The translations under genes and the position numbers were made by a program. This document shows positions 1-10,091 of a stretch of 37,883 nt of DNA, in pieces; the stretch's first letter is position 1, and every line of letters begins with the position of its first letter. Location: positions 1 to 37,883 of the IMG/VR virus record IMGVR_UViG_3300017909_002923; one strand, written 5' to 3'. Under the pieces are notes generated by a model. That model made no database searches. It was not told the DNA's origin and saw nothing but the letters and a program-made list of their open reading frames with translations. The DNA comes from a virus. Taxonomy: Duplodnaviria; Caudoviricetes.

Positions 1-591
1 ACAGTTTCTACTAACACAAGTAATATATCTACAAATTCTAGTAATATTTCAGCAATAGATACTCGCTTAATTGCTGCAGAAGCAGATATCGTTAATATAG
101 TTGATAGCATAAACAGTTTACAAATTTTAAAAACCGTAACTGCAGATGCTGGTACTACAGTTACTGCAAGTGGTCTTAGTGGTTCTTTAACTATAGCTGG
201 CGGCGATGGCATATCTACTACTGGCTCTGGATCTACGATTACTGTTAATGCAGCTGCTCCTACCGTAAATTTTACTGTAGCAATTAATGACTCAAATAAT
301 AAATTCTTTTTTGCATCAGACAGTCGATTCTTTAGAGAAAGCTCTGAGAATCCTACTTTAGTACTAAGAAGAGGTGAACAATATATATTTAATTTAAGTT
401 TGCCTAGTGAGCCTTTTTATATTAAAACGTCACCGACAACAGGCACTGGACAACAATATACTACAGGAGTTACCGGCAACGGTACACAATTTGGAACATT
501 AATATTTACACCAATTATGACAGACTCGGCAACATTATATTATCAGTCTTCTGTTACTTCTACAATGGGTGGCAAAATTGAGTTGACATGA
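1..591 (+). CDS. C-terminal part of a virion structural / tail-fibre-like protein (5' end outside the window)
   Basis: Frame 1 is open from base 1 to the stop at 589-591; the listed 400..591 ORF is only its tail. It is Ser/Thr/Gly-rich with ENPTLVLRRGEQYIFN..PFYIKT..TLYYQS..MGG, a module typical of marine T4-like structural proteins. Confidence 0.65.
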   Translation, partial: TVSTNTSNISTNSSNISAIDTRLIAAEADIVNIVDSINSLQILKTVTADAGTTVTASGLSGSLTIAGGDGISTTGSGSTITVNAAAPTVNFTVAINDSNNKFFFASDSRFFRESSENPTLVLRRGEQYIFNLSLPSEPFYIKTSPTTGTGQQYTTGVTGNGTQFGTLIFTPIMTDSATLYYQSSVTSTMGGKIELT

Positions 592-935
592 CAACTAATG
601 AAAGAAATATTAAATCAGATTATGATTATTCAAGAGAAACATATTACGATCTATTAGAAAAAGGTAGAGAATCTCTTGAAGATATGATTGAAGTTGCTCG
701 CTCTTCTGAGCACCCACGCGCTTACGAAGTATTATCAGGTATGATAAAAAACTTATCAGATGTCAATGATAAGTTAATGGATCTCAATAAAAAGAATAAA
801 GATATCAATCAAGAAGAAGTGAAACAAGTTGCAGGAAATACAACGAATAATGTATTCCTTGGATCAACTGCAGATTTACAAAGATTATTACAGAATGAGA
901 AAGATATAATTGATGTCACTCCAAAACCAGAATGA
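588..935 (+). CDS. gp16: Terminase small subunit
   Basis: DYDYSRETYY, SEHPRAYEV and NNVFLGSTADLQ motifs; lies immediately before the large terminase. Confidence 0.92.
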   Translation: MTTNERNIKSDYDYSRETYYDLLEKGRESLEDMIEVARSSEHPRAYEVLSGMIKNLSDVNDKLMDLNKKNKDINQEEVKQVAGNTTNNVFLGSTADLQRLLQNEKDIIDVTPKPE

Positions 936-2517
936 AAACTATCTTGGCAATGTCAATGTAAAACGTGATGGAGTTCTTCAAGAATGGACTCAAGATTCTG
1001 TTCGTGAATACGCACAATGCATGAAAGATCCTATTCACTTTGCAGAAAAATATTGTAAAGTTATTTCACTCGATAAAGGTTTAGTACCATTCCACCTTTA
1101 TCCCTATCAAAAGAAAATGTTTCAACAATTTGAGGAGAATCGTTTCAATGTCGTTCTCGCATGTCGTCAATCAGGTAAGTCAATTTCAGCCTGCGCCTAC
1201 CTTCTCTGGTTTGCCCTCTTCCATTCAGAAAAAACAGTTGCAGTCCTTGCAAACAAAGGAGCAACAGCAAGAGAAATGCTCTCAAGAGTCACACTTATGC
1301 TTGAGAATATACCGTTCTTTTTGCAGCCGGGTACGAAAGCACTTAACAAAGGATCATTGGAATTTTCTAACAATTCTCGGATTATCGCTGCCGCTACATC
1401 TGGCTCTTCTATTCGTGGCCTTTCAGTCAATTTACTCTACCTCGATGAGTTTGCTTTTGTTGAGCGTGCTTCTGAGTTTTATACTTCTACTTATCCTGTG
1501 GTTTCAGCCGGTACTGATACTAAAATTATTGTTACCTCCACTGCAAACGGAATCGGAAATACCTTCTACAAAATCTGGGAAGGTGCTACTCAAGGAGTAA
1601 ATGAATTTAAACCATTTCGTGTTGATTGGTGGGACGTACCAGGACGAGATGAACAATGGAAACAACAAACAGTCGCAAATACAAGTCAATTACAGTTTGA
1701 TCAAGAATTTGGTAATACATTTTTTGGCACAGGTGATACGTTAATTAATGCTGAAACATTAATGAGCTTTCGAGCCTTACCTCCTAAAAAAGTTTTAGAA
1801 GGAGGCAATCTTCTTATATATCAAGAACCGATCAAAGGTCATGATTATATCATGACTGTAGATGTGTCAAAAGGAAGAGGTCAGGATTATTCTACATTTA
1901 CTTTGATCGATATTAGCGTTCGCCCGTTTGCACAGGTTGCTGTATATCGCAATAACACTATATCTCCTTTACTCTTCCCTAATATTATCTATAAGTATGC
2001 AAATTCTTACAACAAAGCATATGTTGTCATAGAATCAAACGATCAAGGCACTGTTGTTTGCAATGGTTTATATCATGATTTAGAATATGAAAATATACAT
2101 TTAGAATCTGCAATTCGAGCAGATGCGATTGGCATTGAAATAACAAGAAAAACAAAAAGATTAGGATGTTCGTCAATAAAAGATATTTTAGAGAATAATA
2201 AATTAACTATTGTTGATGAAAATACTATACTTGAAATATCTACATTTACAGCAAGAGGACAGTCTTACGAAGCAAGTGATGGCAATCATGATGATCTCAT
2301 GATGAATCTTGTCATGTTTGGTTATTTTACATCTACACAATATTTTGGAGACATGACTGATATTAACTTAAAAGATATGATATTTAAAAAACAATTAAAA
2401 GAAATAGACGATGATTTAGTTCCATTCGGATTTATTGATGATGCAAGCGAAGAAATAGAAAAATTAGAAAATCCTCGAGGAAGTGAATGGTCTGTTGAGT
2501 ATGATCCTAATTTTTAA
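913..2517 (+). CDS. gp17: Terminase large subunit
   Basis: Walker A RQSGKS, Walker B LYLDEFAFV, TSTANG motif, nuclease domain VDVSKGRGQDYS and HDDLMM. ATG at 913 preferred over TTG at 910. Confidence 0.97.
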   Translation: MSLQNQNENYLGNVNVKRDGVLQEWTQDSVREYAQCMKDPIHFAEKYCKVISLDKGLVPFHLYPYQKKMFQQFEENRFNVVLACRQSGKSISACAYLLWFALFHSEKTVAVLANKGATAREMLSRVTLMLENIPFFLQPGTKALNKGSLEFSNNSRIIAAATSGSSIRGLSVNLLYLDEFAFVERASEFYTSTYPVVSAGTDTKIIVTSTANGIGNTFYKIWEGATQGVNEFKPFRVDWWDVPGRDEQWKQQTVANTSQLQFDQEFGNTFFGTGDTLINAETLMSFRALPPKKVLEGGNLLIYQEPIKGHDYIMTVDVSKGRGQDYSTFTLIDISVRPFAQVAVYRNNTISPLLFPNIIYKYANSYNKAYVVIESNDQGTVVCNGLYHDLEYENIHLESAIRADAIGIEITRKTKRLGCSSIKDILENNKLTIVDENTILEISTFTARGQSYEASDGNHDDLMMNLVMFGYFTSTQYFGDMTDINLKDMIFKKQLKEIDDDLVPFGFIDDASEEIEKLENPRGSEWSVEYDPNF

Positions 2518-2522
2518 ATTAT

Positions 2523-2530
2523 TATAAATA
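2523..2530 (+). promoter_or_regulatory. T4-type late promoter (TATAAATA) for gp18
   Basis: Exact TATAAATA in the intergenic region upstream of the sheath gene; gp55 is encoded in the window. Confidence 0.8.
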
Positions 2531-2595
2531 ATGGTAAATGTTGAAGATAACCGTATTATGAGAACATATAATTAGTAACCGAAGAGGAACAAAAA

Positions 2596-4362
2596 ATGGC
2601 ATTAGGAACACCTTCCGAATCTCCTGCGGTTGTCGTTAAAGAAGTAGATCTGACTGGTGGCGTACCCAACGTTCAATCTACAACAGGCGCATTTGTAGGA
2701 AATTTCAGTTGGGGGCCACAAACTACTACTAGAAAAATCAGTAATGAGGCTGAGCTAGTAGATGTTTATGGAGCACCTTCCGAAAGTAATAACATAGATT
2801 TTATTAGTGCTAGCTATTTTTTAAGATATTCAAATAGTCTAGAAATTTCAAGAGCAGCAACAGATGCTGCTAAAAACGCTCGATCAACTCATGGCCAAAC
2901 TGCAGCAGATAGCGATAGTACATTAGCTACTGTAAATGTTGGCAACGAATTTGCTTTTGATCCAGCATTTGCTGCATTAGATAGCAATAATCAAACATTT
3001 ATAGGTCGATACAAAGGCAGCTTAGGAAATAGTATAAGAGTTTCAATATGTCCTTATTCAACAAGTGATACGCTTTTTGATGATTGGGCTTATAAATCAT
3101 CTTTTGATGCTGCTCCAGGAACAAGCACATTTGCTACAAATAAAGCTGCTTCTTTTGACGAAGTCCATGTGGCTGTCGTCGATCAAGGAGGATTAATTAC
3201 AGGCACAAGGGGAACTGTGCTAGAAACTTATCCATTTGTTTCAGTAGGCTCAAATGCTCAAAATACAGATGGTACAAATAATTTTATTAAAGATGTGCTT
3301 AATGAAAGATCTTCATATGTCTTTATGGTAAATTTTGATTCAGATTTTCAGTCAGCTGGAGCTGGTACCACGATCGATAGCGGAGATAATTTTACAGTGA
3401 GTAATTTAACTCAGACAAAATTAAATTACGACTTTGCAGGTGGAGTTAATTCTGGTACACTTGGAACTTCACAAATATTATCTGGCTTTGATAAATTTGA
3501 AGATAAAGACATAATTGAAGTTGATTTCTTAATTGCGCCAAGTATGACAACAACTGCAGATCAAACCACAGTAGTGAATGATCTTGTATCGACTGCTCAA
3601 ACATTAAGAAAAGATTGTGTGGTTGTAACATCTCCAGCAAGAGATGATGTTGTCAATTTAACGAGTGCAGCAACTATTACATCAAATATAACTACAACAG
3701 CTGCAACTTTTACTAAATCATCTTATCTTATTGTTGATGGAAACTTCTTAAAAGTTTACGATAAGTACAATGATAAGTACATTCAAATACCAGCTGCTTC
3801 TTCAACTGCAGGTCTTATGGCTGCAACTGATAGAAACACTGCACCTTGGTTCTCTCCAGCTGGAGCGAGAAGAGGTCAGTATCTTGGTGTAACATCAATA
3901 CCATACTCACCAACGAAAGCACAAAGAGACACTCTGTATAAAGCAGGTGTTAATCCAATCGCTAATATACCTGGCGCAGGATTGATACTCTTTGGTGATA
4001 AGACAAATTTAGGCAGACCATCCGCATTCGATCGTATTAATGTACGTCGTCTCTTCCTTGTTCTTGAAAGAGCAATTAGTCGAGCAGCAGAGTCTGTACT
4101 CTTTGAATTCAATGACGAATTTACAAGAGCAGAATTTGTTAACATCGTTGAGCCAGTATTAAGAGAAGTAAAAGGTCGTAGAGGTATTACAGACTTCAGA
4201 GTCGTTTGTGACGAAACAAATAACACTGCAGCAGTAATTGACCGAAACGAATTTATCGCAAGTATCTTCATCAAGCCGGCTCGTTCTATCAACTTTGTCA
4301 CTCTTAATTTTGTGGCTGTTAGGACTGGCGTCGACTTTGAAGAAGTCGTAGGCACAGTGTAA
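2596..4362 (+). CDS. gp18: Contractile tail sheath protein
   Basis: SPAVVVKEVDLT N-terminus, PWFSPAG, FDRINVRRLF and FEFNDEFTR motifs. Confidence 0.97.
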   Translation: MALGTPSESPAVVVKEVDLTGGVPNVQSTTGAFVGNFSWGPQTTTRKISNEAELVDVYGAPSESNNIDFISASYFLRYSNSLEISRAATDAAKNARSTHGQTAADSDSTLATVNVGNEFAFDPAFAALDSNNQTFIGRYKGSLGNSIRVSICPYSTSDTLFDDWAYKSSFDAAPGTSTFATNKAASFDEVHVAVVDQGGLITGTRGTVLETYPFVSVGSNAQNTDGTNNFIKDVLNERSSYVFMVNFDSDFQSAGAGTTIDSGDNFTVSNLTQTKLNYDFAGGVNSGTLGTSQILSGFDKFEDKDIIEVDFLIAPSMTTTADQTTVVNDLVSTAQTLRKDCVVVTSPARDDVVNLTSAATITSNITTTAATFTKSSYLIVDGNFLKVYDKYNDKYIQIPAASSTAGLMAATDRNTAPWFSPAGARRGQYLGVTSIPYSPTKAQRDTLYKAGVNPIANIPGAGLILFGDKTNLGRPSAFDRINVRRLFLVLERAISRAAESVLFEFNDEFTRAEFVNIVEPVLREVKGRRGITDFRVVCDETNNTAAVIDRNEFIASIFIKPARSINFVTLNFVAVRTGVDFEEVVGTV

Positions 4363-4373
4363 GGAGATAGAAA

Positions 4374-4910
4374 ATGGCAGTATTAGGCGTAGATGATTTT
4401 AAGTCAAAGTTAAGAGGTGGTGGCGCTCGCCCCAATCTCTTTAAAGCAACAATCAACTTTCCAGCGTATGCAGGCGGAGATCCGGAATTAACTTCTTTCC
4501 TTTGTGAAACAGCTCAGTTACCTGGCTCTACAATGGGTACAATAATAGTACCTTTCAGAGGCAGACAGTTAAAGATAGCAGGTGATCGAACATTTGATGT
4601 TTGGACAGCTACTATTATTAACGACACTGACTTTGCTGTTAGAAATTCGATGGAAAGATGGATGAACGGTATTAACGCTCATTCAGCAAACACTGGATTA
4701 GCTTCTCCGATTGCGTATGAAGCTGATTTAAAGATAGAACAACTTGATAGAGCTGGAGAATCTGTAAAAGAATACATTTTTAGAGGTTCATATCCTACAG
4801 AACTTTCACCAATCGATGTAACTTATACAGCTACAGACGAAATTGAAAGATTTACGGTATCTTTTAACTATCAGTATTTCGATAGTTTAAATCCAGTCAC
4901 AACATCTTAA
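4374..4910 (+). CDS. gp19: Tail tube protein
   Basis: GGARPNLF and VPFRGRQLKIAGDRTFDVWT motifs; follows the sheath gene. Confidence 0.95.
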   Translation: MAVLGVDDFKSKLRGGGARPNLFKATINFPAYAGGDPELTSFLCETAQLPGSTMGTIIVPFRGRQLKIAGDRTFDVWTATIINDTDFAVRNSMERWMNGINAHSANTGLASPIAYEADLKIEQLDRAGESVKEYIFRGSYPTELSPIDVTYTATDEIERFTVSFNYQYFDSLNPVTTS

Positions 4911-4952
4911 ATAAATAGTAGAGAAGGCTAGCTTAGGCCGGCCTTCTCTTTA
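4910..4952 (+). terminator. Stem-loop after gp19, preceded by a late-promoter variant AATAAATA
   Basis: AGAGAAGGCTAGC-TTAG-GCCGGCCTTCTCT (4920-4949) with a short T tail; AATAAATA at 4910-4917. Confidence 0.6.
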
Positions 4953-4966
4953 TAAAGGATTTTTAA

Positions 4967-6520
4967 ATGGCAGAAAACGATAGAAGTATTAAATTATTTG
5001 GTTTTGAAATTAAAAGAGCTCCTACAGAAGATCCGAAGAAGAAGCCTTCAATCGTACCTGCGCGTGATGATGATGGTGCTGGTTATGTAACAGCATCTGG
5101 TACTCATTACGGACAGTATATTAATTTAGACGGTGATGATTCAAAAGATAACTATAGTATGATTATGAAATATCGAGGCGTATCAATGCATCCAGAAGTT
5201 GATGCTGCTGTTGAAGATATTGTAAATGAATCAATCGCTGGAAGTGAATTAGAACAACCGATAGATATTAATCTTGATAATTTAGAACAAGCAGATAAAA
5301 TTAAAAAAACGATTAAAGAAGAATTTGATAACATAGTAGGAATGCTAAATTTCAATGAGCTTGGTCATGATATCTTTCGTCGATGGTATGTCGACGGAAG
5401 AATTTATCATCATCTTGTAGTCAATGAATCAAACCTCAAAGCTGGTATTCAAGAAATAAGACCAATCGATTCTGCAAAAATGCGAAAAGTCAAACAAGTC
5501 AAGAAAAAGAAAGATCCGGAAACAGGTGTACAGCTTATTGAAAAAATTGATGAGTATTACATATATCAAGAAAAACCCGGGTCATCACATCAAGGCGGTG
5601 TTAAACTTAGTTTAGATTCAGTTTCTTATTGCACATCAGGTTTACTTGATGAGTCACGCAAAAAAGTAGTTTCATATCTTCATAAAGCTTTGAAACCAAT
5701 TAATCAATTAAGAATGATGGAAGACTCGCTTGTCATATATCGTATGGCACGTGCGCCAGAAAGACGTATATTCTATATTGATGTTGGTAACTTACCACGT
5801 GGTAAAGCAGAACAATACATGAAAGACATTATGGCAAGATATAGAAATAAACTTGTTTATGATGCACAAACTGGTCAAATACGTGATGATCGCAAACACC
5901 AATCGATGATTGAAGACTTTTGGTTGCCAAGACGTGAAGGTGGCAGAGGCACAGAAATAACATCATTACCAGGCGGTCAGAATCTTGGTGAGATAGAAGA
6001 TATTATTTATTTTCAAAAGAGAATGTATCGCTCATTAAATGTTCCGATTAATCGCCTTGAACAAGAAGCGCAGTTTAGTCTAGGTAGATCTACAGAAATA
6101 TCAAGAGATGAATTAAAATTTCAGAAATTTATTGATAGATTACGTCGTAGATTTGCACATTTATTTTATGATATTCTTCGAAAGCAATTAATACTTAAGG
6201 GTATTATTACTCAAGAAGATTGGGATACAATGAAGAATGATATTGTTATCGACTATGTTCGTGATAATCACTTTACAGAATTAAGAGATGCAGAGTTACT
6301 AAGAGAAAAAATCCAAACACTTGATCAAATCTCGAATTATGTCGGAGAATATTTTTCAAAAGAATGGATTCAGAAAAATGTGCTTATGCTTTCTGATGAA
6401 GACATTGAACAAATGAAAAAAGATATTGAAGGTGAATCAGGAGAAGAACCAGAAGAACAAGAAGAGCAGCCGGCTGCTCAAAGATTTGAATTAAAACCAG
6501 TTGCTCAGCAAGGAGAATAA
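4967..6520 (+). CDS. gp20: Portal vertex protein
   Basis: FRRWYVDGR, RAPERRIFYIDVGNLP and EDFWLPRREGGRGTEITSLPGG motifs. Confidence 0.97.
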   Translation: MAENDRSIKLFGFEIKRAPTEDPKKKPSIVPARDDDGAGYVTASGTHYGQYINLDGDDSKDNYSMIMKYRGVSMHPEVDAAVEDIVNESIAGSELEQPIDINLDNLEQADKIKKTIKEEFDNIVGMLNFNELGHDIFRRWYVDGRIYHHLVVNESNLKAGIQEIRPIDSAKMRKVKQVKKKKDPETGVQLIEKIDEYYIYQEKPGSSHQGGVKLSLDSVSYCTSGLLDESRKKVVSYLHKALKPINQLRMMEDSLVIYRMARAPERRIFYIDVGNLPRGKAEQYMKDIMARYRNKLVYDAQTGQIRDDRKHQSMIEDFWLPRREGGRGTEITSLPGGQNLGEIEDIIYFQKRMYRSLNVPINRLEQEAQFSLGRSTEISRDELKFQKFIDRLRRRFAHLFYDILRKQLILKGIITQEDWDTMKNDIVIDYVRDNHFTELRDAELLREKIQTLDQISNYVGEYFSKEWIQKNVLMLSDEDIEQMKKDIEGESGEEPEEQEEQPAAQRFELKPVAQQGE

Positions 6521-6523
6521 ATT

Positions 6524-6880
6524 ATGAGTGAAACAGAAGTACAGGAAGTTGAAACAAATCCAATTCATGACTTAATACAACATGCTTTAAATCAAGATTT
6601 TAATAAAGCAAATGATACATTTGGTGAAATTATGTCTGTTAGAATGTCTGATCTTCTCGATCAAGAAAAAATTCGTATAGCAGATCAAATGTATAATGGA
6701 GCTGAAAATGATGAAGAGGAACCGGAACAACTCGACCTTGACTTGGACGACGTCGACTCTGAATCACCTGAAGAGCCAGCCGATGCTGAAGGTGGCGACG
6801 AGGAAGATGCAGGAGAGTATGACTATGAAACAGAAGATGAGTATGAAGAGGCCGAAGAAGACGAAGACGAAGATATTTAA
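6524..6880 (+). CDS. Acidic prohead core protein (gp67-like)
   Basis: Position directly after the portal gene; helical N-half and very Glu/Asp-rich C-half. Confidence 0.6.
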   Translation: MSETEVQEVETNPIHDLIQHALNQDFNKANDTFGEIMSVRMSDLLDQEKIRIADQMYNGAENDEEEPEQLDLDLDDVDSESPEEPADAEGGDEEDAGEYDYETEDEYEEAEEDEDEDI

Positions 6881-6883
6881 AAG

Positions 6884-7156
6884 ATGACAACTGCAAATTA
6901 CAAAATTGCGCGCAGATTTTCGTATGTGATAAAAGCTGGAACTATAAATTTTAACGGTGAAATTCCAGATTCTTCAGTGGCTAACGTAGTGGTGCCAGCA
7001 TATGATAGTGTTAACTCTTTAGTAATTGCAGATTCTTCGGTTTTATCCATGGGAGATATTGGTTATAGTTTGCTAGATAAAAATATTGCAGTTTGGAATG
7101 ACAGTAGCAATGAGTGGTATTTAGTTGGAAGACATGTTGATGGAGCATTGACATAA
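6884..7156 (+). CDS. Hypothetical virion-associated protein
   Basis: 90-aa ORF coupled to its neighbours; shares a GD(I/M)xY...VWNDS..W module with the next ORF. Confidence 0.55.
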   Translation: MTTANYKIARRFSYVIKAGTINFNGEIPDSSVANVVVPAYDSVNSLVIADSSVLSMGDIGYSLLDKNIAVWNDSSNEWYLVGRHVDGALT

Positions 7157-8067
7157 TGGCAAAAACAAGAGCAAGAGATTTAGCCACAGGATTAGGTAGA
7201 GCAATCGCTAATAGCACTATTACTGCTGCTGGTGCTTTTACGATTTCTGGTGGTAGAACAGTACAAAATTATTCTTTAGATAGCGCCGGAGCTTTATTGT
7301 TCGAATCAACGACCGGAAAAGTTTCTGGTGATATGGCATATCTTAAAAAACAAAATCAAATGTACGTATGGAATGATTCTGATAGTTCTTGGTTTAAAGT
7401 TCGAACTTCTTCTGCTCCTCTTAGCACGTTAAGCTTCTATCCTCTTGAAGACACTGGTGGTGAATTTATTAATAACTCGCCGCCTGATTTTGTTACTGGC
7501 GGATCTAGTGGTTGGGATAATGTCGGCCAAAATAGTGTAGCAGTTACAGCAAGCGGTAGACAATTTTTTGTTCAAACTTCAGATGTATCAACTGTTAATA
7601 ATTTCGGTGCTGCAGCTCGAGAATCTTTACCGGCTGGAAAAAGATATTTCGAAATAAAAATTATAAGTGGAACTTTTGACAAAGCTTTGTTTTTACATCA
7701 TGGCACCAATTCAGCGTCTACAGGATATGATAATAATTCTGCTTATTTCATAGGTAATGGTAAATTTAGCAATGCCATTTCCAGTAGTCAGCGAAATACT
7801 GGATTAGGTAGTGTTACTACCAACGATATAATTATGTACTGTTATGATACTACCGCAAGTAAATATTGGGTTGGAAAAAATGGCGTGTGGCAGGATCAAG
7901 GGACACCAGACGGAGGTCTTTTTGAAGGACAAACTATGAAAGGCACTGATGAAACTGTTGTTTTTGGTGTATTAGGAACTACTTCAAATACTACAAATAC
8001 AACTTTTCTTTTTCAGGATCGTTTAAATTTAACATACACTCCTCCTACAGGATTTACAGCAATTTAA
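7156..8067 (+). CDS. Putative virion decoration protein with a SPRY/concanavalin-like C-terminal domain
   Basis: MAKTRARDLA N-terminus, GKRYFEIKII, DIIMYCYD..KYWVGKNGVW and terminal YTPPTGF, as in phage SPRY-like domains. Confidence 0.55.
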   Translation: MAKTRARDLATGLGRAIANSTITAAGAFTISGGRTVQNYSLDSAGALLFESTTGKVSGDMAYLKKQNQMYVWNDSDSSWFKVRTSSAPLSTLSFYPLEDTGGEFINNSPPDFVTGGSSGWDNVGQNSVAVTASGRQFFVQTSDVSTVNNFGAAARESLPAGKRYFEIKIISGTFDKALFLHHGTNSASTGYDNNSAYFIGNGKFSNAISSSQRNTGLGSVTTNDIIMYCYDTTASKYWVGKNGVWQDQGTPDGGLFEGQTMKGTDETVVFGVLGTTSNTTNTTFLFQDRLNLTYTPPTGFTAI

Positions 8068-8089
8068 TTTAAGTAGAAAATAATAAAAT

Positions 8090-8097
8090 TATAAATA
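8090..8097 (+). promoter_or_regulatory. T4-type late promoter for gp68-gp21-gp22-gp23
   Basis: Exact intergenic TATAAATA. Confidence 0.8.
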
Positions 8098-8113
8098 ATT
8101 AGTACAAAAAGAA

Positions 8114-8326
8114 ATGAAAAGTTTTACACAAATAAGAGAATTAACTGGAAGAAAACCTCAAGGACAATTAATTGTCAATAAAAAAATAGGTCGAATCCAA
8201 GTACAAGTTTACAAAGAAAGAAATGGATTTGTAACTTACATTGATGGCGATAGATTGGATTCTTATCGTTCTAAACAAGAGGCTGAAAAAGCCGGTACTG
8301 AATTTATAAAGGCGTATAAAAAATGA
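8114..8326 (+). CDS. Small basic prohead core protein (gp68-like position)
   Basis: 70-aa basic ORF overlapping the start of the prohead protease gene; assignment by synteny only. Confidence 0.5.
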   Translation: MKSFTQIRELTGRKPQGQLIVNKKIGRIQVQVYKERNGFVTYIDGDRLDSYRSKQEAEKAGTEFIKAYKK

Positions 8327-8979
8327 AGCTAATTGCAGAATATACGGACAATGAATTAGAAATCTTGACAGAAGAAAAAAATGGCAAGAAGTCTTATGCC
8401 ATTGAAGGTATCTTCATGCAAGCAGAAGCAAAGAATCGAAACGGTAGAATATATCCGCGCAGTGTAATGGAAAGCGCTGTTAGCAAGTACAATACTGAAC
8501 AAGTTGTACCAGGACGCGCGGTTGGTGAGTTAAATCACCCTGAAGGACCTACCGTTAATTTAGACAAAGTTTCTCACAAGATCGAATCCTTAAATTGGCA
8601 AGGAAACGATGTTGTGGGCAAGGCAACTATTTTGGCCACTCCTATGGGTGAAGTCGTAAAGGGTTTACTCGACGGCGGTGTCAAACTAGGTGTTTCGACT
8701 CGTGGTATGGGAAGCCTGCAGCGAAGTAATGACGCAATGGTCGTCAAAGACGATTTTATTCTTAACGCGGTGGACATCGTGCAAGATCCATCTGCACCTA
8801 GCGCATTTGTTAATGGAGTTATGGAAGGTGTTGAATGGGTTTGGAATAACGGTATTATTGAAGCAAAGGCAATTGAAAAAATGGAGACTGAAATTAAAAA
8901 TGCTCCACGTGCTTACTCTTATGAGACACAAGTTCGTGAGTTCAAGAATTTCCTCTCGTTAATTAAAAATAAATTGTAA
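8323..8979 (+). CDS. gp21: Prohead core protease
   Basis: IEGIFMQAE.KNRNGRIYP, GELNHP, GVSTRGMGSL and DIVQDPSAPSAFV motifs. Confidence 0.96.
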   Translation: MKLIAEYTDNELEILTEEKNGKKSYAIEGIFMQAEAKNRNGRIYPRSVMESAVSKYNTEQVVPGRAVGELNHPEGPTVNLDKVSHKIESLNWQGNDVVGKATILATPMGEVVKGLLDGGVKLGVSTRGMGSLQRSNDAMVVKDDFILNAVDIVQDPSAPSAFVNGVMEGVEWVWNNGIIEAKAIEKMETEIKNAPRAYSYETQVREFKNFLSLIKNKL

Positions 8980-8988
8980 AAGGAGTCA

Positions 8989-10080
8989 ATGATGACTGAT
9001 GAAAATCAATTAGATCAGGACGTTGAACTTCATGATGACGAGAATGAAATCATGGAAGCACAAGGTCACGATCCAAAAAATGCTGAGGCACAGTCAGTAG
9101 CATCTGTCGATAAAGCAGGTGATGCAACTGGTTCAGCACCATTGCCTACAGCAGCTGGTGCGACAGCAAAAAATAATACCAAAAAAGACGCTATGCAAAA
9201 AGCACCAAATACCAAAGCTGGTATGATAAATGCAATGTATATGAAAGCAAGTAAAATGAAAAAAGAAGAGCTTGTTGACTTATACGGTAAAATGTTTGCA
9301 GAAGATACTAAAGTAGAAGATGCTGCAGTTATTGAAACTGCTGACATTGAATACGAAGCAGATTTTTCAGAAGATCTCAATGCAATCATGGCTGATGAAG
9401 CTACATTGTCAGAAGAGTTCAAAGAAAAAACCGCAACAATTTTTGAGGCAGCGATTAAGTCTAAGCTTGCCGAAGAAGTTGATCGTCTTGAGGAAAAATA
9501 CCACGAAGAACTGGCTGAAGAGATTGAATCTACAAAGTCAGAGCTAGTAGAAAAAGTAGATAGCTACTTACACTACGTTGTCGAACAATGGATGGCAGAC
9601 AATAAGCTTGCTGTTCAATCTGGACTACGTACAGAAATTGCTGAGACATTTATGAATAATCTAAAAGATTTATTTACTGAGTCTTACATTGAAGTACCTG
9701 AGTCTAAGGTCGACCTAGTAGACGATCTTGCTGATCAAGTCGAAGAGCTCGAAACAAAGCTTAACGAAACAACAGCAGACGCTATCGAAATGGCAGAAGA
9801 GTTAGAAAACTATAAGCGCGAAGCAGTAATTGCAGAAGCGTCTAAAGATCTTGCTGACACACAAGCCGAAAAACTTAAGTCTTTAGTAAATGATATTGAT
9901 TTTGATGACGAAGAAACTTTTGCACAAAAAGTTACAACTGTTAAAGAATCATATTTCAAAAAAGCTAAGACTGTAACTGAGTCTGCAGACTTTGAATCAG
10001 ATGACGAAGGCGATACAGTTGAAGTTTCTGGATCAATGGCTCAGTATTTAACAGCCCTAAATCGAACATCGAAAAAATAG
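8989..10080 (+). CDS. gp22: Prohead core scaffold protein
   Basis: Acidic coiled-coil protein with LSEEFKEKTATIFEAA and KVDSYL.YVVEQW; lies between gp21 and gp23. Confidence 0.93.
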   Translation: MMTDENQLDQDVELHDDENEIMEAQGHDPKNAEAQSVASVDKAGDATGSAPLPTAAGATAKNNTKKDAMQKAPNTKAGMINAMYMKASKMKKEELVDLYGKMFAEDTKVEDAAVIETADIEYEADFSEDLNAIMADEATLSEEFKEKTATIFEAAIKSKLAEEVDRLEEKYHEELAEEIESTKSELVEKVDSYLHYVVEQWMADNKLAVQSGLRTEIAETFMNNLKDLFTESYIEVPESKVDLVDDLADQVEELETKLNETTADAIEMAEELENYKREAVIAEASKDLADTQAEKLKSLVNDIDFDDEETFAQKVTTVKESYFKKAKTVTESADFESDDEGDTVEVSGSMAQYLTALNRTSKK

Positions 10081-10091
10081 GAGACTAATCG

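Noticed and set aside
400-591. 63-aa ORF listed as a separate gene
   Set aside because: It is the in-frame tail of a longer ORF that is open from base 1; the TTG at 400 is internal.
1130-1689. Alternative-frame and antisense ORFs inside gp17
   Set aside because: Fully nested in a conserved gene, with no RBS or recognisable motifs; typical shadow ORFs.
6690-6880. GAA/GAC-rich low-complexity tract resembling a tandem repeat
   Set aside because: It simply encodes the acidic tail of the gp67-like protein; there is no fixed repeat unit.
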